A stretch of 41,660 nt of DNA from an uncultured Candidatus Saccharibacteria bacterium. GTDB taxonomy: Bacteria; Patescibacteriota; WWE3; UBA101185; UBA10185. The DNA lies in contig CAZLZI010000001.1 in NCBI GenBank assembly GCA_964563965.1, positions 1 to 41,660 on the forward strand, in the 5' to 3' direction. Below the pieces are notes generated by a model. The model saw only the letters and a program-made list of their open reading frames with translations. It did not search any database and was not told where the DNA came from. This document shows, one piece after another, positions 21,786 to 30,367 of this stretch (position 1 is the stretch's first letter; the number at the start of each line of letters is the position of its first letter). Position numbers and translations under genes: made by a program.

Positions 21786-23696
21786 ATGTTAACAGATATT
21801 TGGTCCAAAAAGGACAAATTCGTTCTAAATACGCTGGTTATACTATGGCTTATCGCATTAAGCATGTTTTTTCATTGGTGGATTCAGTATAAACATGTTG
21901 GGACATCCATGGGATTCTTCTTAACATCACTAGTGCTTTTATGGACTTACGGACTTCCTGCCTATTGCTTCGTATTTATCTTAAAAATGAAGACACCGGA
22001 TAAAGGCATGGAAATTAATCAACAATATAGAATAGCAATGATTGTTACCAAAGCCCCATCAGAACCACTGTCCATCCTACAAAAAACACTTGAGGGGATG
22101 TTAGCACAAGCATATCCACACGACACATGGGTAGCCGATGAAAACCCAACGCTTGAAGCTCTAGATTGGTACAATAAACATGGAGTATTCGTTTCAACTA
22201 GAAAAGATTTTATCGATTATCACAATGATACGTGGCCGCGAAGAAAGAAATGCAAAGAAGGTAATTTAGCTTTTTTTTACGATCATTTTGGTTACAAACA
22301 TTATGACATTGTCGTGCAAATGGATGCAGATCATGTGCCCTATAGCGGATATCTAGAGCATATGATTAGGCCTTTTACGGATCCTAAAGTAGGATATACG
22401 GCAGCACCAAGCATCTGTGATACTAACTATAATACTTCATGGGCATCTCGAGCCAGAGGGCATGCAGAAGCAATATTTCACGGCCCAATACAATGTGGGA
22501 CCAACTCGAACTGGGTACCCATATGTATTGGCTCTCACTATGCTGTTAGAACAGCTGCTTTGAAAGAAATTGGCGGAATAGGTCCGGAGCTAGCGGAAGA
22601 CTACTCAACAACACTTTTAATGAATGCTCATGGATGGAAAGGTGTCTGGTCATTTGACGCTGAAGCACACGGTTTAGGCCCAAATAGTTTTAAAGATCTA
22701 ATCGTACAAGATTTCCAGTGGGCTAAGAGTCTTGCAATACTATCGTGCACATTCTTTCCTAAGTATTTAAAACACCTAAACTTTAGACAAAAGGTACAAT
22801 TTTTATTTACACAAGCTTGGTATCCTGTAAGTGCGTTAATGTGGCTAACATCCATACTTTTAATTCTTGGAGCTCTTATAACTGGGCAACCTCAAGTGAT
22901 AGTATCTTTTGATGAGTTCTTCAAGCAAGCTATACGGCCATTGCTAATAGGCTATCTTATATATTTATATGTGCACAGAAAGAAACATTTAAGACCGAAT
23001 ACTGTACCTCTAATCAGCTGGGAAAGTATGTTCTTTGAACTTGTAAGATGGCCTTGGGTATTTATCGGGTGTTTATCTGCAGTTCACAATACGTTTATAC
23101 AAAAGAAAAGCTTTAACATCAAAGTAACACCTAAAACTAAACCTTCTACTGACATCGTAAGCATAGGAATAATATTGCCTTATTTTTTTGTTATTGCAGT
23201 CTTTCTTGCAGCAATGAATTATGCAGGGTATGTAGACAAAACAGCAGGTTATTATTGGTTTGCTGCCACAATGGCAGGTCTTTATACAGTATTAATTGTG
23301 TTTGTAATCTTGTTACATATTAAAGAATCCGAAAAGAAATTGATCAAACAGACACTACGACATATCCCCCATGTTACAGTAGCAAGTTTGTTTGGGTTAG
23401 CCTTGTTTTTTACAGTTAAGCAAGATGTCGGTGGGATGCATACGCAAATGGCCAGCACTGAGACTAAAAGTATAACATTCTCACAAAAAACTAATACAGC
23501 TTCCTCTAGAACAGAACAGCATGCAGCTAATACCGATAATGCCTTTATGTATACAGTCGTTGAGGGTGATAGTTTGTGGGAAATCGCAGAAAGATTCTAT
23601 GGAGATGGAATTAAATGGAAAGATATAACTACGGTTAGTAATTCTAAAAACATCCGGCCAGGTGATAGACTTACCATTCACGTTAAATCTAATTGA
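21786..23696 (+). CDS. processive family-2 glycosyltransferase (cellulose-synthase-like) with a C-terminal LysM domain
   Basis: VADE, MDADH, AED and QDFQW (a QxxRW variant) motifs between TM segments. C-terminal YTVVEGDSLWEIAERFYGDGIKWKDI...IRPGDRLTI is a LysM. Confidence 0.75.
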   Translation: MLTDIWSKKDKFVLNTLVILWLIALSMFFHWWIQYKHVGTSMGFFLTSLVLLWTYGLPAYCFVFILKMKTPDKGMEINQQYRIAMIVTKAPSEPLSILQKTLEGMLAQAYPHDTWVADENPTLEALDWYNKHGVFVSTRKDFIDYHNDTWPRRKKCKEGNLAFFYDHFGYKHYDIVVQMDADHVPYSGYLEHMIRPFTDPKVGYTAAPSICDTNYNTSWASRARGHAEAIFHGPIQCGTNSNWVPICIGSHYAVRTAALKEIGGIGPELAEDYSTTLLMNAHGWKGVWSFDAEAHGLGPNSFKDLIVQDFQWAKSLAILSCTFFPKYLKHLNFRQKVQFLFTQAWYPVSALMWLTSILLILGALITGQPQVIVSFDEFFKQAIRPLLIGYLIYLYVHRKKHLRPNTVPLISWESMFFELVRWPWVFIGCLSAVHNTFIQKKSFNIKVTPKTKPSTDIVSIGIILPYFFVIAVFLAAMNYAGYVDKTAGYYWFAATMAGLYTVLIVFVILLHIKESEKKLIKQTLRHIPHVTVASLFGLALFFTVKQDVGGMHTQMASTETKSITFSQKTNTASSRTEQHAANTDNAFMYTVVEGDSLWEIAERFYGDGIKWKDITTVSNSKNIRPGDRLTIHVKSN

Positions 23697-23776
23697 AGCT
23701 TTAATGCCCACCTCTTTTGAACACAAGAATTAAAACACAAGTGTAAAAAATAAACTTATTAAGTAGAAAAACTTGA

Positions 23777-23782
23777 TATAAT
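23777..23782 (+). promoter_or_regulatory. extended -10 box, leaderless geometry
   Basis: TGaTATAAT, then 6 nt, then ATG 23789. Confidence 0.55.
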
Positions 23783-23788
23783 TATTCA

Positions 23789-24088
23789 ATGACCAGTATA
23801 TCTAACGGAGTAGTTCATAAGGTTCCATCTGATGTACACCAAGCTTTAACTGCAGATGCACAAGCACTTACAGCGTGGGAAAAACTTACACCCCTCGCAC
23901 GTAATGAGTGGATCTGCTGGATCACATTTGTTAAAAAGGCAGAGACACGGAAAGAACATATAAAGCGAGCTATTAATGATCTGAAAAAAGGAAAGAAGCG
24001 ACCTTGTTGTTGGATAGGTTGTATCCACCGAACAGATAAAGAGATAAGCCCTTCAATAAAACACATCCTCAGTAGAAAAAAGGGGTAA
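23789..24088 (+). CDS. YdeI/OmpD-associated family protein
   Basis: WEKLTPLARNEWICWITFVKKAETRKEHIKRAI is typical of the YdeI-type family. Confidence 0.6.
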   Translation: MTSISNGVVHKVPSDVHQALTADAQALTAWEKLTPLARNEWICWITFVKKAETRKEHIKRAINDLKKGKKRPCCWIGCIHRTDKEISPSIKHILSRKKG

Positions 24089-24101
24089 GAGTGCCTAGTG
24101 T

Positions 24102-24107
24102 TATAAT
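24102..24107 (+). promoter_or_regulatory. extended -10 box, leaderless geometry
   Basis: TGtTATAAT, then 6 nt, then ATG 24114. Confidence 0.55.
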
Positions 24108-24113
24108 ACACTT

Positions 24114-24938
24114 ATGAAACTCGCAATCATTACTGATCTACATCTAGGAAACACGCCTCTTGTACGAGGAGCACATGTCAGATCAGCCTCTCATTTAGTT
24201 GCCCAGAACATCGATAAGTTTTTAAAAAGAATAAGTTATACAAATCCTGACACGCTAGTGAATATGGGAGATCTGATTAGAAGTCAGGACGCTCAAACGG
24301 ATGCTGTAAATTACAAACAAGCACTTAGTTTTTTTGATCCATACAAATCTAACGTTATTCATATGCTAGGAAATCATGAAGTTAAAAAACTAACAGAAAA
24401 CGATGTCCTAAAGTTTTGGAAAGAGGTTAAGTATGATGCTGGGGCATATGGCGTAAAGGAAATTGATGGGTCTGAGATTATATGGGTTTCATTTACGAAC
24501 AAAATTATCGATAATGGGACGGTGGCCTATATACCTGAGAAACAACTAGCATGGTTAAGTGAGCAACTAAAGAAAAATAACAACCCTAAACTACTCTTTT
24601 CTCACTATCCATTAGAAGGATCGAATTTTACTGGCAACTTTTATTTCGATAAAGAATATACTAGATTTGGTCACTACAACAATAGTAAAGAACTTTTAGA
24701 TGTACTTTCAGAGGCCATTAACTTAAAGGCAGTCTTTGCTGGGCATAGTCATTGGATTGATCTTAAATATATAAATGGCATACCATTTCTAACACTCCCC
24801 TCCGTCACAGAGAATATTGCAGCTCCAGATACAACCACAAACTTTCCGGGAATATATACACTTGTTGAAGCAGTTAAAGAAGATTTGGTAGTTAAAATAT
24901 ATTCTGGTGAATTCTGTTTCTGTAGTCTACATCTGTAA
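24114..24938 (+). CDS. calcineurin-like metallophosphoesterase
   Basis: ITDLHLG, GDLI, GNHE and GHSH motifs in the canonical order. Confidence 0.8.
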   Translation: MKLAIITDLHLGNTPLVRGAHVRSASHLVAQNIDKFLKRISYTNPDTLVNMGDLIRSQDAQTDAVNYKQALSFFDPYKSNVIHMLGNHEVKKLTENDVLKFWKEVKYDAGAYGVKEIDGSEIIWVSFTNKIIDNGTVAYIPEKQLAWLSEQLKKNNNPKLLFSHYPLEGSNFTGNFYFDKEYTRFGHYNNSKELLDVLSEAINLKAVFAGHSHWIDLKYINGIPFLTLPSVTENIAAPDTTTNFPGIYTLVEAVKEDLVVKIYSGEFCFCSLHL

Positions 24939-25062
24939 CATAGTTATCGGATGCTTTAGTGGCTACATTTATAATGCTTTACATCCTATAAGCATTCTTA
25001 AAGAAAAGATGTTCTAGGACATATGTGTGAAAACTACTTCTATGGTTTAATAAGAAATTTAT

Positions 25063-25506
25063 ATGCAAAAGTTAATCAAACGAAAAGGAAATGAGTGGTT
25101 TAGAAGATATGCTCCCGCTGAATTAGCTGGAACTATAGGAACATTGACCTGCGGGATTGTTACACATAATTTACTTAACAATGCCGTATTAACAGCACTC
25201 GCTGCTACGTGGGGTGAAAACTTAGGCTACTATTCATGGATAATTTATGCGGAGTATAAAGCCGTTAGTCTTAAGAATAAACACCGAAAAAAGCTGTATT
25301 TTTTCTCTATATTTAAAAATGTCATTATAGAATTCGGACCTGGGGAAATACTCGATAGTTCTGTGATAAGACCTTTTGTAATGTATGTGTGCTCAACAGT
25401 AATTCAGAACTTAGCATTAGGTTTACTAATAGGTAAATTAGTTGCGGATATTATTTTTTATAGCTTAACAATCAGTATCTTTGAGCTTAGGAAGAAACGC
25501 TTTTAA
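25063..25506 (+). CDS. hypothetical membrane protein
   Basis: 147 aa with 3-4 hydrophobic helices. Confidence 0.4.
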   Translation: MQKLIKRKGNEWFRRYAPAELAGTIGTLTCGIVTHNLLNNAVLTALAATWGENLGYYSWIIYAEYKAVSLKNKHRKKLYFFSIFKNVIIEFGPGEILDSSVIRPFVMYVCSTVIQNLALGLLIGKLVADIIFYSLTISIFELRKKRF

Positions 25507-26138
25507 CTTGTCATGCTTAAAATAGATAGGAAGTGTAAAAACACTTCGCGATTGTAAGCCGCAGAATTACTATCGAGCTTTATATAAATGCAGTTTGGAT
25601 CAAAAAGATTTGGATCAATAACTGAAAATTTATTTCTAAATTTTTCCTCAAATTCGTCCAGAGATAGCCTGTGCGCCTTTAATTTAAATCTATTATCTAT
25701 TCTTCTCGCTGCTTCTTCTTCAGATATTGTTAACTCGATTATTATGGGGAGTATATCAGGTGAAACTAACTCTCTAATATTTTCAAGTGTCAGATTGATT
25801 CCATCCACATTTGACCAAGGTTGCGCCCAGATCACAGCCTTACCTGCTTTAAGAGCTTCAACACATTTGTAAGTATGAAATCTATAATATTGACGCTCAA
25901 TAGGTAGTGTTGCAAAGCTCATGTCCTCGTATACACGTTGTTGAACATACTCATCAAACTCTGCTGGTTGTGTATGGGTTATATCAGGATCAATCAACAC
26001 GAATTCAAACGCATGTTGTACGGATTCTATTAAAGTGGATTTCCCGCTACCTGGTTGTCCTCGCACAATTATGAATGTGTTTTCGGGCAATGATTCTGTT
26101 TCCTGGATAGGTTTCTCAACAACAGACTTAACTGGCAT
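25503..26138 (-). CDS. P-loop NTPase / kinase-like protein (AAA_33-like)
   Basis: Walker A GQPGSGKST followed by LIDPD. 211 aa. Confidence 0.6.
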   Translation of the reverse strand: MPVKSVVEKPIQETESLPENTFIIVRGQPGSGKSTLIESVQHAFEFVLIDPDITHTQPAEFDEYVQQRVYEDMSFATLPIERQYYRFHTYKCVEALKAGKAVIWAQPWSNVDGINLTLENIRELVSPDILPIIIELTISEEEAARRIDNRFKLKAHRLSLDEFEEKFRNKFSVIDPNLFDPNCIYIKLDSNSAAYNREVFLHFLSILSMTS

Positions 26139-26141
26139 ATA

Positions 26142-26747
26142 TCACAGATTCACGAACTTAATTTTGTAGCAATCGTTGTAAGTCTCTATACAACTTATCG
26201 ATCCAGTATCAACATGTATGTATTTCTTCATTGTCACGGAGACATTAAGTATTTTAAATAGGAGCATCTTTATAATATCTACATGAGTTATAATAACCAA
26301 ATCCTCGCTAGCGGAATACCTGCTGACAATATCAGTTAAAGCTGTGTAAGATCTCTGCTGAACTTGGAGATAGCTCTCACCTTTAGGAAAAACAAAATCT
26401 GGGGAGGCGTCAAGCCACAGATTATATTCTTTGGCATAGGTTTCTTTTACTTGTGCCATGTTTTTACCTTCAAAAGCACCCATATTTGTTTCTATGAAAC
26501 CATTTTCTATGACAGTTTTTACACCACCTCCTAGTACACGTATCATTAATTCTGATGTTTGAAGACATCTGGTTAAAGGGCTACTGATAATATAGTGCAC
26601 CGATGAAAATTTAGTGATATTGGAATTAAGTTTAGCCTCTAGATATCTAGCTTGTGGGATGTCTATGGAAACATCTTGACTTCTCCCCATATAGGTTCCA
26701 GATAAGTTATATGCAGTAGCAACATGCCTAATCAGATAAATTTTCAT
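26142..26747 (-). CDS. histidine phosphatase (phosphoglycerate-mutase-like) family protein, start revised
   Basis: MKIYLIRHVAT (RHG-type motif) and ITHVDIIK (second catalytic His). ATG 26747 sits 6 nt after TATAAT. Confidence 0.7.
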   Translation of the reverse strand: MKIYLIRHVATAYNLSGTYMGRSQDVSIDIPQARYLEAKLNSNITKFSSVHYIISSPLTRCLQTSELMIRVLGGGVKTVIENGFIETNMGAFEGKNMAQVKETYAKEYNLWLDASPDFVFPKGESYLQVQQRSYTALTDIVSRYSASEDLVIITHVDIIKMLLFKILNVSVTMKKYIHVDTGSISCIETYNDCYKIKFVNL

Positions 26748-26753
26748 AGCTAT

Positions 26754-26759
26754 ATTATA
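26754..26759 (-). promoter_or_regulatory. -10 box, leaderless geometry
   Basis: TATAAT on the reverse strand, then 6 nt, then ATG 26747. Confidence 0.5.
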
Positions 26760-26799
26760 TAACAAACGAAACATACTGAAGTGGTTTCATAACTACAGT

Positions 26800-27177
26800 G
26801 TGGTGGATGACTTGCAAATAGCGTGTTACCATCCATATAGGAAGATTATAAAAATAATCTTATTGTTACTTATAGCAGCTATGCTCTTTACTTTCTTCGC
26901 TCTAAATACGCTCAATGATTGTTACAAAAGCAGTTCTCTAGTCCTTAAACAAATAACTACTATTTCAAAGAATGAGAACTGGTCTAAAGCAAAAGCATGC
27001 AACTACGCAAAGAAAGAAACTCAACGAGTAATAGCCTGTATAGACAGGGCGAATCAAAAGAATACTATAGGAGCGAAGCTACGTGATATATACCTTAAGT
27101 TATATGCCAATAAAAACTATACTACTCCTTACATTATTGAAACTCACAATAAAAATTGTCCAATGCACAAACTTTAA
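26800..27177 (+). CDS. hypothetical protein with an N-terminal TM anchor
   Basis: 125-aa ORF with a GTG start. No motif recognised. Confidence 0.3.
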   Translation: MVDDLQIACYHPYRKIIKIILLLLIAAMLFTFFALNTLNDCYKSSSLVLKQITTISKNENWSKAKACNYAKKETQRVIACIDRANQKNTIGAKLRDIYLKLYANKNYTTPYIIETHNKNCPMHKL

Positions 27178-27180
27178 ACA

Positions 27181-27564
27181 CTATTTTTTAGGTACCCACT
27201 GTCTATACAACACAACTCCAATAACAGCACCTAGCATAATTAAAAGTACAACAACTACAAAATCTGATGGTGCATTAGCATGCATGCCAAGTAGAATACT
27301 TACACCAACTAAGACCAACATAAAGGGAGCTAATAGCATTGTAATAAGAACATTCTCCAGACCAGCTATTTTCTTCTGCATACTGGGATCTGCTAAACTA
27401 CCATCGATGATTTTATACTGCTTAATAGCAGTGTATATAGAAACACCTACCCAGAATAGAGCTGCATAGTAACTTGCTTGTCTATACTCAACCACACCAA
27501 TGATAAGAAATACAAACGCAAGTATAAAAAATACTATATCTTTGACCTTTAGCTTTCTTTTCAT
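27181..27564 (-). CDS. hypothetical membrane protein
   Basis: 127 aa with 4 hydrophobic helices. TATAAT lies 7 nt upstream of the ATG. Confidence 0.4.
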   Translation of the reverse strand: MKRKLKVKDIVFFILAFVFLIIGVVEYRQASYYAALFWVGVSIYTAIKQYKIIDGSLADPSMQKKIAGLENVLITMLLAPFMLVLVGVSILLGMHANAPSDFVVVVLLIMLGAVIGVVLYRQWVPKK

Positions 27565-27649
27565 ATTCTATATTATACTTCTTCTATCTTTAAAACAGTT
27601 TATTTAAGACAAAACTACAGACAGACTATAGGTAAAGATAGAAGATCCC

Positions 27650-27814
27650 TCATTTAGCTAATCTCTCTATATCCTCTTTGCCTAAGAATTTAAAAAGCTT
27701 CATGCCATCAACCATGGCTTGAGCTGCTTTTCTACCATTTTTAGTTTCAATGACTGTGACTTGAGAATCCTCAACTTCCACAGATTCTTTAGTTTTTAGA
27801 TTATAAAACTTCAA
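27650..27814 (-). CDS. unannotated 54-aa small protein (below the ORF-track cutoff)
   Basis: Reverse strand GGGAGGTG, 7 nt, TTG, then KFYNLKTKESVEVEDSQVTVIETKNGRKAAQAMVDGMKLFKFLGKEDIERLAK, then TGA. Strong SD. The sequence pattern resembles small beta-rich nucleic-acid-binding proteins. Confidence 0.45.
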   Translation of the reverse strand: MKFYNLKTKESVEVEDSQVTVIETKNGRKAAQAMVDGMKLFKFLGKEDIERLAK

Positions 27815-27887
27815 AAAAATACACCTCCCTACATCCTAACTAAGTATTATGTTCTATTTTAACAAAAAAGCTTGGAGATAGTGTTTT

Positions 27888-28256
27888 TTGCTCCGCGTCA
27901 TTGCACAATGTATTACTAAGCCTCTATACTACAGTGTGACAAAAGGACACAGGCAGGGTCGAAAAATCACAAGTAAACACACCTCTACAATAGAACCCGT
28001 AGCTCTACTAGTAGATTTTCTTAAAACTAAGGACGTAACTAATAAGATTGTATTAGGTATAATCACAGCTCCAAAAACCAGTAGAAAAAGCTCTACCAAG
28101 TCCATCAAGATTCTGGAAGAATCAGCTGGAGTATTAATAAGAGTAACTCAAAAAACTACAATTCAAGAATTCAGAATCTATACGGATATTAAAAGTGAAT
28201 TAATCGACTTAATTGATACATTCGCAAAAGGTAAAGGGTGGGAAGTAAGAAGGTAA
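27888..28256 (+). CDS. hypothetical protein
   Basis: 122-aa ORF with a TTG start and GGAGA upstream. No motif recognised. Confidence 0.3.
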   Translation: MLRVIAQCITKPLYYSVTKGHRQGRKITSKHTSTIEPVALLVDFLKTKDVTNKIVLGIITAPKTSRKSSTKSIKILEESAGVLIRVTQKTTIQEFRIYTDIKSELIDLIDTFAKGKGWEVRR

Positions 28257-28258
28257 TC

Positions 28259-28561
28259 TTATTCCTTTACTTCTTCTATATACTCATCTATTCGGGGAAT
28301 GCGCGCTCTAACTTCCTCCCAATACTTTTCTGCAAGCGCAAATGAATAATTAGCGTGCCCTGTGGTCTCTGATCTCATACACAATCTGTCTTCAGTTTTC
28401 TTGATTACTCGCAGAAGTTTGTTTTGTACATCTATAACACTGGGTGCATACTTTTTCTTATCGCCATCATACTGCTCTAACAGAAGAGCATACTCATCAA
28501 AGAGAGTCTTATTGATCTCATACATATCATCAAATAATTTTTTGTATTTGGGTGTTGCCAT
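28259..28561 (-). CDS. hypothetical helical protein (start revised from TTG 28576)
   Basis: 100 aa from ATG 28561, which sits 6 nt after GATAAT. Confidence 0.4.
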   Translation of the reverse strand: MATPKYKKLFDDMYEINKTLFDEYALLLEQYDGDKKKYAPSVIDVQNKLLRVIKKTEDRLCMRSETTGHANYSFALAEKYWEEVRARIPRIDEYIEEVKE

Positions 28562-28567
28562 TTTCAG

Positions 28568-28573
28568 ATTATC
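28568..28573 (-). promoter_or_regulatory. -10 box, leaderless geometry
   Basis: GATAAT on the reverse strand, then 6 nt, then ATG 28561. Confidence 0.4.
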
Positions 28574-28614
28574 CAATAGATGGAGCTAAACTTCAACCGG
28601 AATTCGCCAGCAAC

Positions 28615-29370
28615 TTAGTTACACAAGTTCTCACAGGGCACACCGTTTAAATCTGTATCTCGGCCACTACATTTACACACTTGAAGTTGGAACATAGCAT
28701 CAGCACAAGTTGTTAACTGTGCACAAGACTTTGAACAATTACACTTCCTAAGTTGGGTAGGCATACTGCTTTCTTGCGCGGATAAATAAGTACCAAAGTT
28801 CACATCTCCATTACAAGTCTTAAGTGACCACAAACCTACTCTATGTCTTTGAGCCGTTACTTGAGCTTGTTTAAATAACTGTTGATATTTATAGTTGTTA
28901 ACATATGTCTTTTCTATAGCGTAGCCATTTAACACTAGTGCTTCATTGACATTAACGCCATCAATAAAAGCATATCGTAACAGCCTGTTATACCTGTCTG
29001 TATCATTATCTAAAGGCTCGTTCTCAAGCGTCACCGTCTTTCCCTTAATGAGCTTGTCTAAGTATGTTTTTGCCTCATGGGAAAAACATTGCACGGGCAA
29101 GGTAGGATGTTTTGATTCGGGCGCATCAACTGCAATCAATCGTACTGTACGAATCGCTGAACCCACTTTGACAGTAAACGTATCCCCATCAAGTACCGTG
29201 TGAACACGATAGACTTTGCTACTATCACGTGTTCCTTGAACTACTCCATGCCTGTTAGCCAAATACTGATCAACCTGCATACCTATAACACCTGAAAGGA
29301 ATAAACCTATAACTAGAGTAACAAGTACATAGTAACGCATTCTTTTGTCTTTAACTTGTAGTTGGTGCAT
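28615..29370 (-). CDS. membrane-anchored staphylococcal-nuclease-like (SNase) thermonuclease with a C-terminal Excalibur-like Cys-rich domain
   Basis: DGDTFTV...TVRLIAVDAPES...RYNRLLRYAF...NEALVLNGYA is an SNase fold pattern. C-terminal RDTDLNGVPCENLC. N-terminal TM helix. Confidence 0.8.
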   Translation of the reverse strand: MHQLQVKDKRMRYYVLVTLVIGLFLSGVIGMQVDQYLANRHGVVQGTRDSSKVYRVHTVLDGDTFTVKVGSAIRTVRLIAVDAPESKHPTLPVQCFSHEAKTYLDKLIKGKTVTLENEPLDNDTDRYNRLLRYAFIDGVNVNEALVLNGYAIEKTYVNNYKYQQLFKQAQVTAQRHRVGLWSLKTCNGDVNFGTYLSAQESSMPTQLRKCNCSKSCAQLTTCADAMFQLQVCKCSGRDTDLNGVPCENLCN

Positions 29371-29415
29371 GGTGTAAACTCTGCGTCTATATTCTACCTA
29401 AGTGGATGAATATGA

Positions 29416-29421
29416 TATTAT
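29416..29421 (+). promoter_or_regulatory. extended -10 box, leaderless geometry
   Basis: TGaTATTAT, then 6 nt, then ATG 29428. Confidence 0.55.
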
Positions 29422-29427
29422 CCTTGC

Positions 29428-29988
29428 ATGGCTAATGCACTAATTGTACATGGATGTATGGATCAAGACGAATACAACAGCAATACATATCCCTCGCCTT
29501 CTAACAGTTTGTTTATACCTTGGTTACAAAAACATCTGATTCTAAAAGATATTATGACCCAAACACCAGAAATGCCCATGCCTTATAGACCAGAATACAG
29601 TGAGTGGAAAAGCATATTGAGTCAATATGTTATAAACTCCAGTACGATTCTCATTGGCCATAGCGGGGGTGCTGGATTTCTCTTAAAGTGGTTGGGCGAA
29701 ACACAAACAAAAATCTGGAAGCTCGTACTAGTTGCACCTTGGTTAGATCTAGGCAACACAACTAATAATTTATTAAACTTTACCCTTAATCCCAAACTTA
29801 GTGACACCATTCACAATATGCATGTCTTGATATCAGATGACGATTATGAAGAAAATGTAAAAGAATCTACTGACCTAATACTTAACACTTATCAACATAT
29901 GCAAGTGCATAGATTTAAAAACAAAGGCCACTTTACAGGTATAGAAAATACCCAAGCTCCAGAATTATTGCAAATATGCCTTGATTAA
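29428..29988 (+). CDS. alpha/beta hydrolase, YdeN/RBBP9-like serine hydrolase
   Basis: 186 aa with IVHG..., nucleophile elbow GHSGG, and a C-terminal GHF. Confidence 0.55.
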   Translation: MANALIVHGCMDQDEYNSNTYPSPSNSLFIPWLQKHLILKDIMTQTPEMPMPYRPEYSEWKSILSQYVINSSTILIGHSGGAGFLLKWLGETQTKIWKLVLVAPWLDLGNTTNNLLNFTLNPKLSDTIHNMHVLISDDDYEENVKESTDLILNTYQHMQVHRFKNKGHFTGIENTQAPELLQICLD

Positions 29989-30313
29989 AATGACATTTAA
30001 AGAAAAAGTAATTCAATCTATACAAGCAATCCCCTATGGCAATGTTGCAAGCTACTCACAAATAGCACTTCTTGCAGGCAGCCCACGTGCAGCAAGACAA
30101 GTTGGCAGCATACTTAATCATTTAGAACACAAACTTGAAGTACCATGGTGGCGAGTTGTGAACAATACCGGTCGCATAAGTATTAAAGGATCAACGTATC
30201 ACCCTATCGATCAAAAGCTGCGACTTGAAGCAGAAGGTATACATATAACCGCTGATTTGACCTTTGATATTGAGAAGTATAGATGGTCACCCGCTCAAAA
30301 CTTATATAACTAA
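29981..30313 (+). CDS. alkyltransferase-like (ATL) protein, i.e. an MGMT DNA-binding domain without the acceptor Cys
   Basis: IPYGNVASYSQIA...PRAARQVG...PWWRVV. The PCHRV active site is replaced by PWWRV. 8-nt overlap with the upstream gene. Confidence 0.8.
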   Translation: MIKMTFKEKVIQSIQAIPYGNVASYSQIALLAGSPRAARQVGSILNHLEHKLEVPWWRVVNNTGRISIKGSTYHPIDQKLRLEAEGIHITADLTFDIEKYRWSPAQNLYN

Positions 30314-30367
30314 ACCTTAGCTACCATTGACACATAAAAGTAGTCTCCACATAATTAAAAGGTTGGC

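Noticed and set aside
24973-24996. Hairpin AATGCTT-N10-AAGCATT after the metallophosphoesterase gene, as a possible terminator
   Set aside because: It has only a 7-bp AT-rich stem and no following T-run. That is too weak to call.
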